Assembly: GCA_964440505.1 (NCBI GenBank)
Contig: CAYTSP010000257.1
Span: forward strand, 8,756 to 72,755
Direction: 5' to 3'
Length of the DNA stretch: 64,000 nucleotides
Source of the DNA: an uncultured Nitrospinaceae bacterium
Lineage (GTDB): Bacteria; UBA8248
Positions 49,548-59,716 of the stretch are shown here, piece after piece (position 1 is the stretch's first letter; every line of letters starts with the position of its first letter). The notes under the pieces were generated by a model. That model was not told where the DNA came from. It made no database searches and saw only the letters and a list, made by a program, of their open reading frames with translations. The translations under genes and the position numbers were made by a program.

Positions 49548-51746
49548 TTATTTCGTCGCCCTTAATTGAATTTTCGTGAAATCCGCGTTTGCCGAAAACA
49601 ACGCGCCCACGCCGGCCATCAGCGCAAGACGGTTTTTCCGCAAGGCGGGGTCTTCGTCCATCACCATCACCTCATCGAAAAAATCATCCACCACGGGCCG
49701 GATTTCCGCGATGGCGGCGTTCACGGAAACATAGGCCTCCTCCAGGGAGGCGGCGTCCTCCGCCCGGACGTTCGCCAACGCGTCTTTCACCGACTTTGAA
49801 ACAGCACCCAGGGATGCGTTCAGCCTTTTCTCGGCGTCATCAACAAGAAGATTCTCATCCAGGCTGTCCGCCGCATCATGTTCACCGCCCTGATTCGCCT
49901 GGCGGATAATGTTGCTCACCCGCTTGAAGGTCGTCGTGAGCGGCTCGAAGGTCTCTTCGCTGGACGCCAACCGCTCCAGTGCGCGGAGCCGCGCCCGCGC
50001 GTCTATCACATCGCGCCAGCCCGAGTCGTCTCCCGCCGCCAGCACCGCTTCCACCAAGTCGCCTCGCGCGCCGCCGCGAGAGAGATAGGCGGACACCCGA
50101 TTGCGAATAAAAGCCAGAATTCTTTCAGCCACCTCGGCGGCATCACCTTTGAACTTATCCTGCAAAGGTTCGCTCGCGATCTCCACCCATTCGGACAACG
50201 AGACCCTGAAACAATTATCCTCCAGGATGAGCAGAATCGCGTTGGCCGCGCGTCTGAGCGCGTAAGGATCCTCCGAACCACTGGGCAGATAGCCCAGGCC
50301 CACCATGCCGACGATGGTGTCCATGCGGTCGGCAAGCCCCACGATGGCGCCTGCACGGTCTCCCGGCAGGTCGTCCCCCTCGCCCCTGGGGAGATAATGC
50401 TCATATATGGCGCGGGATACCGCCTCACTCCTGCCCTCGCGCTCGGCATAGCGCTGCCCCATGACGCCCTGAAGCTCGGGGAACTCATACACCATGCCGC
50501 TCGTTAAATCCGCCTTGCACAGAGACGCCGCCTCGTCCACGGTTTTCGCCAGCGCGGCATCGCCCGGCGCGAGTTTCCCGCACAACCATGCGCCCAGGCG
50601 TCTGAAGCGCTCCACCTTGTCCCAACTCGTGCCCAGCTTCGGGTGATAGACCACACCCGCTAATTCTTCCGCCATGTCGACGAGGGGCGTTTCGAGGTCC
50701 TGGCGCCAATAAAAATCCGCGTCCTCAAGTCTCGCGCGCACAACCCGCTCATAACCCTTCCGCACCACGCTCATATCGTTCGCCCGCGTGTTGCTCACGC
50801 CGATGAAGCAGGGAATGAGCCGCTCTCCACCCTTTTCCCTGAGCGCAAAACACCTCTGGTGCACCTCCAGGGTGGAGATGATGACCTCCTCGGGCAGGTC
50901 CAAAAATTTATCATCAAACCCGCACGCCACCGGAAACGGCCACTCCACCAGATGCGCCACCTTCTCCACCAGGCGCTCCACGGCCTCCGCATCCGCCGCG
51001 GGCTCGCCTCCCTGGGACTCGGCTGCTTCCGAGACACACGCGCGCACCATGGGTATGCGTCCGCCCCCGCTTCCGTCATCGACAAGAGGCTCTACATTAT
51101 TCTCATGCAATACTTGAATATAATCCTGAAAACTATTGATATTTAATTTATTATTCCCATGAAATCTATGGCCATATGTGACTGATCCGAAAGGCGGAAG
51201 CGATGCGTCCCCATTCGATGCAGGGCCATCGACACTCTCCTGACCATAGACTGCCAGAACCCATTGCACGGGCCGGACAAACGAGAACTTACCGGCTCCC
51301 CAGCGCATGGATTTAGGAGACGGCAAATCCCGGATGAGTTTCGTCAGCAAAGGCCCCAGAACGGCTTTGGTCTCATCGCCCAAGTCTTCTCTAAAATACA
51401 TCAGGCGCGCCCCCTTGGGCGTATCCACTTGTTTGAGCTCGGACACATCCGCCCCGTTCGTCCTGGCGAAGCCGAGAGCCGCTTTCGTCGGATTCCCATC
51501 CTCGTCGAATGCGTTCTTAACGGGAGGGCCCAGGATTTCCTCCTGGAGTGGTTTCTGGCGCTCCGCCAAATCGGCCACATGCAGGACGAGCCGTCTCGGT
51601 GTCCCGAATGTTTCCAAGCCCCCGGAAGCGAGGCGCGCTTCGTCAAACGCCGCCTCCGACCGCTCCTTCAGTGCGGCGAGCATCCCCGGCATATAGATGG
51701 AGGGGATCTCCTCGGTCCCGATTTCAAAAAGCAGCTCTTTGCCCAA
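49548..51746 (-). CDS. glyS: Glycine--tRNA ligase beta subunit
   Basis: The conserved N-terminus starts at LLFEIGTEEIPS. The ORF track's upstream extension overlaps glyQ. A likely TTG start near 51746 has AAGGGG 8 nt upstream. Confidence 0.86.
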   Translation of the reverse strand: MGKELLFEIGTEEIPSIYMPGMLAALKERSEAAFDEARLASGGLETFGTPRRLVLHVADLAERQKPLQEEILGPPVKNAFDEDGNPTKAALGFARTNGADVSELKQVDTPKGARLMYFREDLGDETKAVLGPLLTKLIRDLPSPKSMRWGAGKFSFVRPVQWVLAVYGQESVDGPASNGDASLPPFGSVTYGHRFHGNNKLNINSFQDYIQVLHENNVEPLVDDGSGGGRIPMVRACVSEAAESQGGEPAADAEAVERLVEKVAHLVEWPFPVACGFDDKFLDLPEEVIISTLEVHQRCFALREKGGERLIPCFIGVSNTRANDMSVVRKGYERVVRARLEDADFYWRQDLETPLVDMAEELAGVVYHPKLGTSWDKVERFRRLGAWLCGKLAPGDAALAKTVDEAASLCKADLTSGMVYEFPELQGVMGQRYAEREGRSEAVSRAIYEHYLPRGEGDDLPGDRAGAIVGLADRMDTIVGMVGLGYLPSGSEDPYALRRAANAILLILEDNCFRVSLSEWVEIASEPLQDKFKGDAAEVAERILAFIRNRVSAYLSRGGARGDLVEAVLAAGDDSGWRDVIDARARLRALERLASSEETFEPLTTTFKRVSNIIRQANQGGEHDAADSLDENLLVDDAEKRLNASLGAVSKSVKDALANVRAEDAASLEEAYVSVNAAIAEIRPVVDDFFDEVMVMDEDPALRKNRLALMAGVGALFSANADFTKIQLRATK

Positions 51747-51757
51747 ACCGAAACCCC

Positions 51758-52735
51758 TTAACCCTTGCCCACTTTCGGCTTCGCCTCTTCTGCATCGTAT
51801 TGCGCGGCGTATAGGGCGAGATGTTCTTCGCGCTTCGCCTCGTCTCTGATGAGAGGGAACCCGGCCTCGTAGCGGGATTTCAGATAACTCTCTGCGCATG
51901 CGCGCGCCATTTTTCTGATTCTGCCGATGTAGCGCGCCCGCTCACTCACGCTGATGGCGCCCCGCGCATCCAGAAGGTTGAAAGTGTGCGAGCACTTGAG
52001 CGCGTGATCGTAGGCGGGAAACGTGAGGCCCTTCTCCACGAGACGCAAACCTTCGGCCTCGTATTTATCAAAAATATCGAAATGGATTTTAACGTCCGCC
52101 TCCTCGAAATTATAATGGCTGAATTCCACTTCCGTCTGATGGTGCACGTCGGCGTACCGGACGATTCCGCCATCGGTATCTCGCGCCCAGATGAGGTCGT
52201 ACACGCTTTCCACCCCTTGCAGGTACATGGCGATGCGCTCGAGCCCGTAGGTCAATTCCGCGGACACCATCTCCAAATCCAGCCCGCCGGCCTGCTGGAA
52301 ATACGTGAACTGCGTGACCTCCATGCCGTCCAGCCAAACCTCCCAGCCCAGACCCCACGCGCCCAGGTTCGGGGATTCCCAGTCGTCCTCGACGAAGCGA
52401 ATGTCGTGATCGAGCGGGTCGATTCCCAGATCCACGAGGCTTTCGAGATACTGCTCCTGCACGTCGATGGGCGAGGGCTTCAAAATCACCTGGTATTGAT
52501 AGTAGTGCTGCAGCCTGTTCGGGTTCTCCCCGTAGCGGCCGTCCGTCGGCCTTCTGCTGGGCTCGACGTAGGCCACCTTCCAGGGTTCGGGGCCGAGGGC
52601 GCGCAGAAAAGTGGCCGGGTTCATGGTGCCCGCGCCCACCTCGATGTCGTATGGCTGCTGGATGACGCATCCTTTTCGAGACCAGTACTTCTCCAGCCCC
52701 ATAATCACTTCCTGAAACGTCAAGGCATCGCTCAA
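51758..52735 (-). CDS. glyQ: Glycine--tRNA ligase alpha subunit
   Basis: [15 protein letters not shown] and class II motifs. 325 aa. Confidence 0.95.
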   Translation of the reverse strand: MSDALTFQEVIMGLEKYWSRKGCVIQQPYDIEVGAGTMNPATFLRALGPEPWKVAYVEPSRRPTDGRYGENPNRLQHYYQYQVILKPSPIDVQEQYLESLVDLGIDPLDHDIRFVEDDWESPNLGAWGLGWEVWLDGMEVTQFTYFQQAGGLDLEMVSAELTYGLERIAMYLQGVESVYDLIWARDTDGGIVRYADVHHQTEVEFSHYNFEEADVKIHFDIFDKYEAEGLRLVEKGLTFPAYDHALKCSHTFNLLDARGAISVSERARYIGRIRKMARACAESYLKSRYEAGFPLIRDEAKREEHLALYAAQYDAEEAKPKVGKG

Positions 52736-53940
52736 CCGATAAACTCCTTATGCAGGACGCGCACCGAATCCTCGGAGTCGGCCCGGCGAACCACAACGGA
52801 TATGGAAATCTCGGAAGTCGAGATCATCATGATGTTGATGCGGCTTCTCGCCAAAGCGGAGAAAACGCGCGCCGCCACGCCGGCCTGGCTTTTCATGCCC
52901 ACGCCCACGACGGAGACTTTCGCGATGTCGTCATCGCGGGAGATGGTGGCTCCGCCGAAGGATTCATTCGATTCCACCATGATTTGTTCCGCTTGCTGCG
53001 CCATGTCGCTGTTCACCGTGATGGAGATGTCGGTCAGGCTGTTTTCGCTCACGTTCTGGACGATCATATCCACCATGATGGATTTTTCGGCCAACCGGCC
53101 GAACAAGGCGGCGGCGATTCCGGGCCTGTCGGGCACGGCGCTTATCGTGAGTTTCGATTGTTTCGAATCGCAACTCACGCCGCGAACGGCGGGCGACTCG
53201 ATTCCCGTCGACTCTGGAATGATCAATGTTCCCTCTCCCTCATCAAACGCGGAGCGGACGACGAGTGGAAGGTCATACTTCGCCGCCAGATCCACAGAGC
53301 GCGCCTGCAGCACTTTCGCGCCCAGGGACGCGAGTTCCATCATCTCCTCGAACGATATCTGCTCCATGCGATTCGCGTCAGGGACAATACGCGGGTCGGC
53401 CGTGTACACCCCGTCCACATCGGTATAAATCTCGCAGCGATCCGCTTCAAGCGCCGCGGCCAACGCCACGGCGGTGAGGTCGGAGCCTCCACGCCCCAGC
53501 GTCGTCTCCTCGTCGAACTCATCGACTCCCTGAAATCCCGCGGCGACGACCACCTTTCCCCCGTTGAGTTCCTTGAGAATCCTCGCGGGGCGGATAGAGC
53601 GCACGCGGGCCCGGGTATGGGCGCCCTCTGTCAGAATGCCGGCCTGCCCGCCCGTTAAGGATATCGCCGGGATTCCGGCCGCATCGAGGGCGATGGCCAG
53701 AAGAGAACTCGCAATGCGCTCCCCGGAGGTGAGCAGCAAGTCCATCTCCCGCCCTACAGGTTGAGGCGAAAGCGCATGTGCGAAGCGAATCAGCTTATCG
53801 GTCTCTCCCGCCATCGCGCTCACCACGACGATGATCCGCTCCCAGGAACGCTTCGCCGCCGACACCCGCTTCACCACGCCGCGGATTTTATCCAGGTTCG
53901 CGACCGAGGTGCCGCCGAATTTTTTTACGACCAGGCTCAT
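52732..53940 (-). CDS. lysC: Aspartate kinase (monofunctional, with two C-terminal ACT domains)
   Basis: N-terminus [11 protein letters not shown] and the amino-acid-kinase fold. 402 aa. Confidence 0.92.
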   Translation of the reverse strand: MSLVVKKFGGTSVANLDKIRGVVKRVSAAKRSWERIIVVVSAMAGETDKLIRFAHALSPQPVGREMDLLLTSGERIASSLLAIALDAAGIPAISLTGGQAGILTEGAHTRARVRSIRPARILKELNGGKVVVAAGFQGVDEFDEETTLGRGGSDLTAVALAAALEADRCEIYTDVDGVYTADPRIVPDANRMEQISFEEMMELASLGAKVLQARSVDLAAKYDLPLVVRSAFDEGEGTLIIPESTGIESPAVRGVSCDSKQSKLTISAVPDRPGIAAALFGRLAEKSIMVDMIVQNVSENSLTDISITVNSDMAQQAEQIMVESNESFGGATISRDDDIAKVSVVGVGMKSQAGVAARVFSALARSRINIMMISTSEISISVVVRRADSEDSVRVLHKEFIG

Positions 53941-53949
53941 TTTATCCCA

Positions 53950-55200
53950 TCATCCGCTGAACAACCGTTTCTTCACCGCGTCGAGTGAATAGACGCGCCC
54001 CGCTCGAGCCAGTTCTTCGGAAAAACCGACAGCCGGTATTTTCCGCCTCCCCTCGCCGCCGCGAATCATCTCCCAGAGGGCGGCCAACCCGCCAGGGCGC
54101 TTGGGCGGCGTTAAATTCTCTCCATCGAAATCCGCCATGGCGAACGGAACGGCATCGGTGATCCATTCCTGGGATTCCACGCTGAACCCATGATCCACCA
54201 TCACGAGGATGCGGCAAGGCTGGCCCAGTTTTTCCAACAATGGCGACACACGCGCGGCATCGAATCTCTCGATGGCCCCGATTTTCTCCTCGGGTTCGCG
54301 CCACGGGGATATACTGTCCACATCCTCGAGCAAGAAGACGAAATCATGACTCGAAAGCGCCTCGCTCACCCTGGCGGACACCTCCTCCCCCGGCTCATAT
54401 ACATCCGCGCCCCCTAGTTTGGCAAAGCCCTTTGCGAGTTGTGAGTCGGTTATCAGCGCCGAATCCCTGCCTCCCGCCTTTTCGGACATTCTCCCCACCT
54501 CTGCGTGGAGGCCGCCGCCCCAGAGCCACACGGAGTTCGCGGCGAACATACGGGTTTGCGCCTTTTCCCTCAAACCAGCATGAGTGGAAAGCACCATCTG
54601 GGAATCGTTGACGAAATGAACGAAACGCCGCGCCGCCTCCGCCACCGGCATGTGCTCCCCGATGGGCATTCCGGTAATGGCATGCGGGGGCGAGAAGCCA
54701 CGAAAAGATTCCGGTGAAAGCGGCGCGCCCGAACGCCGATAATAGAGAAGCGCCTCGCAGCCGCCCAGGGGTTCGAAGCGGAAAGATTCGCCCTCATCGG
54801 GCGGCATGTGGCGCTCCAGATAAGCGATGAGTTCGCGGTTCTCCTCGTCCGTGACGCCGAAGCCCGTCGGGTCCAGCATGACGACGCTCGTCGCGCCGGG
54901 CTTCAGGCACACGAAATTGAGCCGGAAGACCGCCTCTCCAGCTTCGGGGAGAACATCCGCTGCGGCGGCCAGCATCAGGCCGGAAGACAGTGCGCCTGAG
55001 GCGCCAAAAAAATTTTTGAGAAATCCATCCAGGGAGGGATGCGCATCATCAGACGCAGGTGACCACGCACCGGAAAACCCCGAACCCGCCAGGCGATCCA
55101 GCATGGGCGTTTGCGCTCTTTGCAGGGGTGTTTCGCCTCCAAAGTCCGCCACCGGCCTGTCGGCGAGACCGCGCGCGAGAACCACAAGGATTTTTCGCAT
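53950..55200 (-). CDS. Cofactor-independent phosphoglycerate-mutase-family protein (ApgM-like); candidate non-orthologous homoserine kinase
   Basis: Alkaline-phosphatase-superfamily/ApgM pattern, about 416 aa from the ATG at 55200 (MRKILVV). The ORF track extends to 55431 with non-homologous sequence. Located exactly between lysC and hom. Confidence 0.68.
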   Translation of the reverse strand: MRKILVVLARGLADRPVADFGGETPLQRAQTPMLDRLAGSGFSGAWSPASDDAHPSLDGFLKNFFGASGALSSGLMLAAAADVLPEAGEAVFRLNFVCLKPGATSVVMLDPTGFGVTDEENRELIAYLERHMPPDEGESFRFEPLGGCEALLYYRRSGAPLSPESFRGFSPPHAITGMPIGEHMPVAEAARRFVHFVNDSQMVLSTHAGLREKAQTRMFAANSVWLWGGGLHAEVGRMSEKAGGRDSALITDSQLAKGFAKLGGADVYEPGEEVSARVSEALSSHDFVFLLEDVDSISPWREPEEKIGAIERFDAARVSPLLEKLGQPCRILVMVDHGFSVESQEWITDAVPFAMADFDGENLTPPKRPGGLAALWEMIRGGEGRRKIPAVGFSEELARAGRVYSLDAVKKRLFSG

Positions 55201-55222
55201 CGAAGAGCTCTTGTCTGCTCGA

Positions 55223-56551
55223 TCACATGAAAGCCATGCCGTCCGATTCCACGCGAACGAGCGCGTAAGCGGGCTGCACCACGTCGAGGCGGGAAATCTC
55301 CTCGAGCGCGTTTTGCATGTTCTCTTCCGTCGCCTTGTGGGTGAGCAACACCAGGCGGGCATAGCCGTCCTCGTCGGCGCGGCCCTTCTGGACGACGGTT
55401 TCGAGGCTGATGTCGTGTTCGCCGAAAACACCGGAGATGCGGCTCAATACACCCGGCTTGTCCAAAGCCGCGAAGCGAACGTAGAAACGCGTCGAAATTT
55501 CCCGCGGGGGCAGGATGTCGAGGCGCGCGCGCTGGTCCGGCAAAAAAGCGGCGGCGGGGATCCGCGATTCGCCCCCGTTCTTCAGCCACCTCGCCACTTC
55601 GATGATGTCGCCCACCACGGCGGAGGCCGTAGCTTCCGAACCTGCGCCCTTGCCGATGAATACCTGTGGCCCGGCATTCACCCCCGAGACGGCCACTGCA
55701 TTGTAGACCCCTCCCACCTGCGAGAGAGGATGACTTTCGGGAAGCATCGTCGGGTGAACGCGGATATCGAGTTTCCCCTCCCTCTCCTGCGCCATGGCGA
55801 TGAGCTTGATCCGGTAGCCGAGCTCCTTGGCGATATCGATGTCGACGGACGTGATGTTGCGAATCCCTTCGGTGTGGTAATCCTCGAGATCCACGGGCGT
55901 TCCATAGGCCAGGTTCGCCAGAATCGCTATCTTGTGTGACGCATCGACGCCGTCGATATCGAAAGCCGGATCGGCCTCCGCGTAGCCGAGTTCCTGCGCA
56001 CGCCTCAGCGTTTCGCCGAAATCCGCGCCCATCTCCGTCATGCAGCTCAGAATGTAGTTGCACGTACCGTTCAGGATACCCGCGAGCCTCTCGATTTTGT
56101 CCGCAGCGAAAGCCTCGCGCAGGTTTCTGACTATCGGAATGCCGCCCGCAACGGACGCCTCGAAACCCAGCGGGCAACCCGCCTTCTCCGCAGCGGCGAA
56201 TATCTCCTCCCCGTGAACGGCAAGCACCGCCTTGTTCGCGGTCACGACCGGCTTGTTATTCTCGATCGCCCGCAGGATGTGGCGCCTGGCGTCATCCGTC
56301 CCGCCGATAAGTTCCGCGACCACGTGCACCTCGGGCGCGTCGATGACGGCCTCGAAATCCGTGCCCATATTCTCGGGCGCCACCCCGCGCGCCACCTTTT
56401 TCTTTGTGAAAACGCTGCGGTCCGCGATTCTGGAGACGCACACCTCTACGCCGAGGCGCCTTTTGATCAACTCCCGCTGCTCGTCGAGCAGATTCACGAC
56501 CCCGCTTCCGACGGTGCCCAAGCCCAATATGCCGACGCAAATTTTCTTCAT
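55223..56551 (-). CDS. hom: Homoserine dehydrogenase
   Basis: NAD-binding N-terminus GLGTVGSGV, catalytic domain, C-terminal ACT domain. 442 aa. Confidence 0.92.
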   Translation of the reverse strand: MKKICVGILGLGTVGSGVVNLLDEQRELIKRRLGVEVCVSRIADRSVFTKKKVARGVAPENMGTDFEAVIDAPEVHVVAELIGGTDDARRHILRAIENNKPVVTANKAVLAVHGEEIFAAAEKAGCPLGFEASVAGGIPIVRNLREAFAADKIERLAGILNGTCNYILSCMTEMGADFGETLRRAQELGYAEADPAFDIDGVDASHKIAILANLAYGTPVDLEDYHTEGIRNITSVDIDIAKELGYRIKLIAMAQEREGKLDIRVHPTMLPESHPLSQVGGVYNAVAVSGVNAGPQVFIGKGAGSEATASAVVGDIIEVARWLKNGGESRIPAAAFLPDQRARLDILPPREISTRFYVRFAALDKPGVLSRISGVFGEHDISLETVVQKGRADEDGYARLVLLTHKATEENMQNALEEISRLDVVQPAYALVRVESDGMAFM

Positions 56552-56577
56552 CTCTCTTTGACCCGAAAAGCCGCGAA

Positions 56578-57780
56578 CTAGCTCGCCGCCTGCTCGGGCG
56601 CTTTCTCCTGAAACAGGGGACGCAAGTTTCTGAGCGCCTGCCGCGTGCGGTGTTCATTCTCCACGAGCGCGAAGCGCACGTGCTCATCGCCCAACTCGCC
56701 GAAACCAACGCCGGGCGAGACGGCCACCTCGGCTTCGGTCAACAGGAATTTGGAAAACTCCAGAGAACCCATCTCCCGAAAGGCATGCGGAATCTCCGCC
56801 CATACGAACATCGTGCCCCTGGGTTTTTGAACGGGCCAGCCGATTCTCTCCAACCCGTTGCACAGCGCGTCGCGGCGATTCTGGTAAATCTGCCGAATCT
56901 CCTCGACGCACTCCTGGGAACCGTTGAGCGCGATGATCGAGGCGATCTGGATGGGCTGGAACGCGCCGTAATCGAGATAGCTCTTGATGCGCCTGAGCGC
57001 ACCGATGATCTCCCGGTTCCCCACGGCGAAACCCATCCGCCACCCCGGCATGGAGTAGCTCTTGGAGAGCGAGAAAAATTCCACGCTCACATCCTTGGCG
57101 CCCTTCACCTGCAAAATGCTGGGCGGCTCATAGCCATCGAAGCCCAGGTCGGCATAGGCGAAATCATGAACCACGATGAGGTTGTATTCTTTAGCGAAGG
57201 CGACGACTTTTTCGAAAAAATCCAGATCCACGCAAACCGTGGTGGGGTTGTGCGGGAAACTCAGGACGAGGATTTTCGGCCGCGGCCATATCGGGCGGAT
57301 GATGTCGGTCATGTTTTCGAAGAAATCATCTCCCTGAGACAGCGGTACGTGAACCACGTTGCCGTTCGCCAGGACCATGGCATATGTGTGGATGGGGTAT
57401 GTGGGACTCGGCACCATGACCAAATCGCCCGGGTTCGTGATGGCCAAAGCCAGATGGGAGAGCCCCTCCTTCACCCCGATGGTGACGATGGCCTCCTCTT
57501 CGGGGTCGATATTCACGTCATAGCGGCGACCGTACCAACCCGCGATGGCCGCCCTCAGCCGGGTGATGCCGCGCGAAGCGCTGTAGCGATGATTCCTGGG
57601 GTTCGTCGCCGCCTCCACCAGTTTTTCCACGATGTGCGGCGGTGTGGCGAGATCGGGGTTCCCCATACCGAAGTCGATGATGTCGTCGCCCCGGCGGCGG
57701 GCCTCGATCTTCAACTCGTCAACGCTCGCAAAAACATAGGGCGGCAGGCGGGTAATGCGTTGAAACTCATACATGTTCAA
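56578..57780 (-). CDS. Class I pyridoxal-phosphate aminotransferase (alanine/aspartate aminotransferase family)
   Basis: The PLP-lysine region [15 protein letters not shown] and the fold-type I pattern. 400 aa. Confidence 0.85.
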   Translation of the reverse strand: MNMYEFQRITRLPPYVFASVDELKIEARRRGDDIIDFGMGNPDLATPPHIVEKLVEAATNPRNHRYSASRGITRLRAAIAGWYGRRYDVNIDPEEEAIVTIGVKEGLSHLALAITNPGDLVMVPSPTYPIHTYAMVLANGNVVHVPLSQGDDFFENMTDIIRPIWPRPKILVLSFPHNPTTVCVDLDFFEKVVAFAKEYNLIVVHDFAYADLGFDGYEPPSILQVKGAKDVSVEFFSLSKSYSMPGWRMGFAVGNREIIGALRRIKSYLDYGAFQPIQIASIIALNGSQECVEEIRQIYQNRRDALCNGLERIGWPVQKPRGTMFVWAEIPHAFREMGSLEFSKFLLTEAEVAVSPGVGFGELGDEHVRFALVENEHRTRQALRNLRPLFQEKAPEQAAS

Positions 57781-57786
57781 AAATCC

Positions 57787-58770
57787 TCAACTGACCGGCA
57801 GGGATATCAGGTGACGGGAGGGAGCCGGAACGTTCCGGCCCGAGCCATCGGCCGTCATAAAGGCACGACCCTCGGGATCTCCCTTTAATTCTTCCTCCCC
57901 CAACCCCTGGGAGGCGTGCAGGGCTTCCTCCGCATTGTAGGAACTTCTCACGAAAGGACCCGCGAACACGTGCGCGAAACCCCTTGCCTCGCCCGCAAGG
58001 CGGTAGCGCGCATACACGTCCGGGTGAACGTATTCGCGAACGGGAATCGCCTTTTTCCTGGGTGAGAGATACTGGCCAATCGTCATGATCCGGCAATCGA
58101 CCCTCGCATCTCTCAAATCATCCATCAGGGAGAGTACGTCCTCTTCGGTTTCACCCATGCCGACCATGACGCCGCTTTTCGTCACCATATCCGGATCAAT
58201 CTCTCGCGCCATGCCGATGACGCGCAGGGAGCGTTCGTAATCCCCGTTCGGGCGCGTGCTCCTGAACAGCCTCTTCACCGTCTCGATGTTATGGTTGAAA
58301 ACATCGGGCGCTGCGCGGACCACTCGCTCGACCGCGGTGAAATCGCCCATGAAATCACTCACCAGAACCTCCACCGTGGCCTCGGGCAGCAATCCGCGAA
58401 TCGCCTCAATCGTCGCAACCACGTGTCCGGCCGCGCCATCGGGCAAATCATCGCGATTCACCATCGTGACGACCACGTGCTTGAGACCCAAATGCTTCGC
58501 GGCCTCGGCCACATGCAGCGGCTCGCTCGCGTCCAAAGGCCCAGGCGCGCCCTTTGTGACGGCGCAATAGCCGCAAGTTCTCGTACAGACGTCTCCACCA
58601 ATCATGAAGGTGGCCGTGTTGCGGGAAAAACACTCGAACAAGTTCGGGCAACGGGCTTCCTCGCACACGGTGTGCAGATGCTTGTTGCGCATCAGCGCCT
58701 TGACTTCGTGCGATCGGCTCGGACTCGGCAACCGCTTTACGAGCCAGGGAGGAAAGCGTCGAGAAGCCAT
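57787..58770 (-). CDS. lipA: Lipoyl synthase
   Basis: Auxiliary-cluster CxxxxCxxxxxC (CEEARCPNLFEC) and radical-SAM CxxxCxxC (CTRTCGYC). 327 aa. Confidence 0.93.
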   Translation of the reverse strand: MASRRFPPWLVKRLPSPSRSHEVKALMRNKHLHTVCEEARCPNLFECFSRNTATFMIGGDVCTRTCGYCAVTKGAPGPLDASEPLHVAEAAKHLGLKHVVVTMVNRDDLPDGAAGHVVATIEAIRGLLPEATVEVLVSDFMGDFTAVERVVRAAPDVFNHNIETVKRLFRSTRPNGDYERSLRVIGMAREIDPDMVTKSGVMVGMGETEEDVLSLMDDLRDARVDCRIMTIGQYLSPRKKAIPVREYVHPDVYARYRLAGEARGFAHVFAGPFVRSSYNAEEALHASQGLGEEELKGDPEGRAFMTADGSGRNVPAPSRHLISLPVS

Positions 58771-58887
58771 CGAATTGCCTCCAGTCCCGGGAATCGGGAG
58801 GCTGCATCTTAGGAATGCAAAGCACAGGTGTCAAGCTTAAAGCCGTTTGTAGCAAATAAACCACAAAACATTGTATTCAAATATATT

Positions 58888-59685
58888 TTACAATGCCGTA
58901 ATTCTGGCCCCTTGTAGCCTGAACCTCACGCGCATCTCGGAGAGCGCCTTTTGGGCCTCGGCCTTGTCCCGGTAGTGACCCACCCGTACACGATACCACC
59001 TTCCTCTGGCTCCGAGATCCGCATTCTTGATGAAGGGCCGGAGTCCCGCGTCCCTCAGCTTCTGGACGACTCGGAGCGCCACGTCGAATTTTTTGACGGA
59101 AACCACCTGAATCGTATATCCGCTCGCCTTCGCCCAGGGTTTTGGAGTTCGTGCATCCGCCTCCACCCGCTTCGGGGTTTCCTGGCCGATCCCGTTTGTA
59201 TTTTCCTTCTTCTCGCCGGCTTGCTCGTCGAGAGGCTTTTCCTTCCCGGGAGGCTCCTCCACCGCCGCTGCGAGCGGGGGCGTTGGTTGCGGCGGTATTT
59301 CCTTTTTCACCACCGGCAGTTTGATGAGCTCGATGGGCTGTTCGCTTTCCTGGTTCTCCCTGAGCAAGTCCTGGTAAAATTTCGGCTTGATGACATCCAC
59401 GGTTTTTTTCGCCACTTCCGTTTTCGCTTCGGGTTCGAGTATTTTTTTCTGCCCGAGGGCCGCACGGCGCTCCGCCTCTTCTCCCTTGTCCTTCTTGAGA
59501 GCTTCAGGCTCAGGTACGACCTCGGCCTTGGCTACCTCGTTCGATGCGCCGCTGGTGCCCCAGAGGTAGCCGAAGCCGAAGGAAGCCCCCATTCCCGCAA
59601 CGAGAACAAGCGCAAAAACGCCTGCCTGCAGTTTGCCGAAAACAATCCTGTATTGTTTCGCAGATGTCCTCTGCCGGGACTTCAT
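58888..59685 (-). CDS. SPOR-domain cell-division/peptidoglycan-binding protein
   Basis: N-terminal TM helix, low-complexity Pro/Glu/Lys-rich linker, C-terminal SPOR-like domain (YTIQVVSVKKFDVALRVVQKLRDAG...WYRVRVGHYRDKAEAQKAL). Confidence 0.65.
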   Translation of the reverse strand: MKSRQRTSAKQYRIVFGKLQAGVFALVLVAGMGASFGFGYLWGTSGASNEVAKAEVVPEPEALKKDKGEEAERRAALGQKKILEPEAKTEVAKKTVDVIKPKFYQDLLRENQESEQPIELIKLPVVKKEIPPQPTPPLAAAVEEPPGKEKPLDEQAGEKKENTNGIGQETPKRVEADARTPKPWAKASGYTIQVVSVKKFDVALRVVQKLRDAGLRPFIKNADLGARGRWYRVRVGHYRDKAEAQKALSEMRVRFRLQGARITAL

Positions 59686-59716
59686 GGACTTCTCGTTTTC
59701 CGTGGGCGGATGCTGA

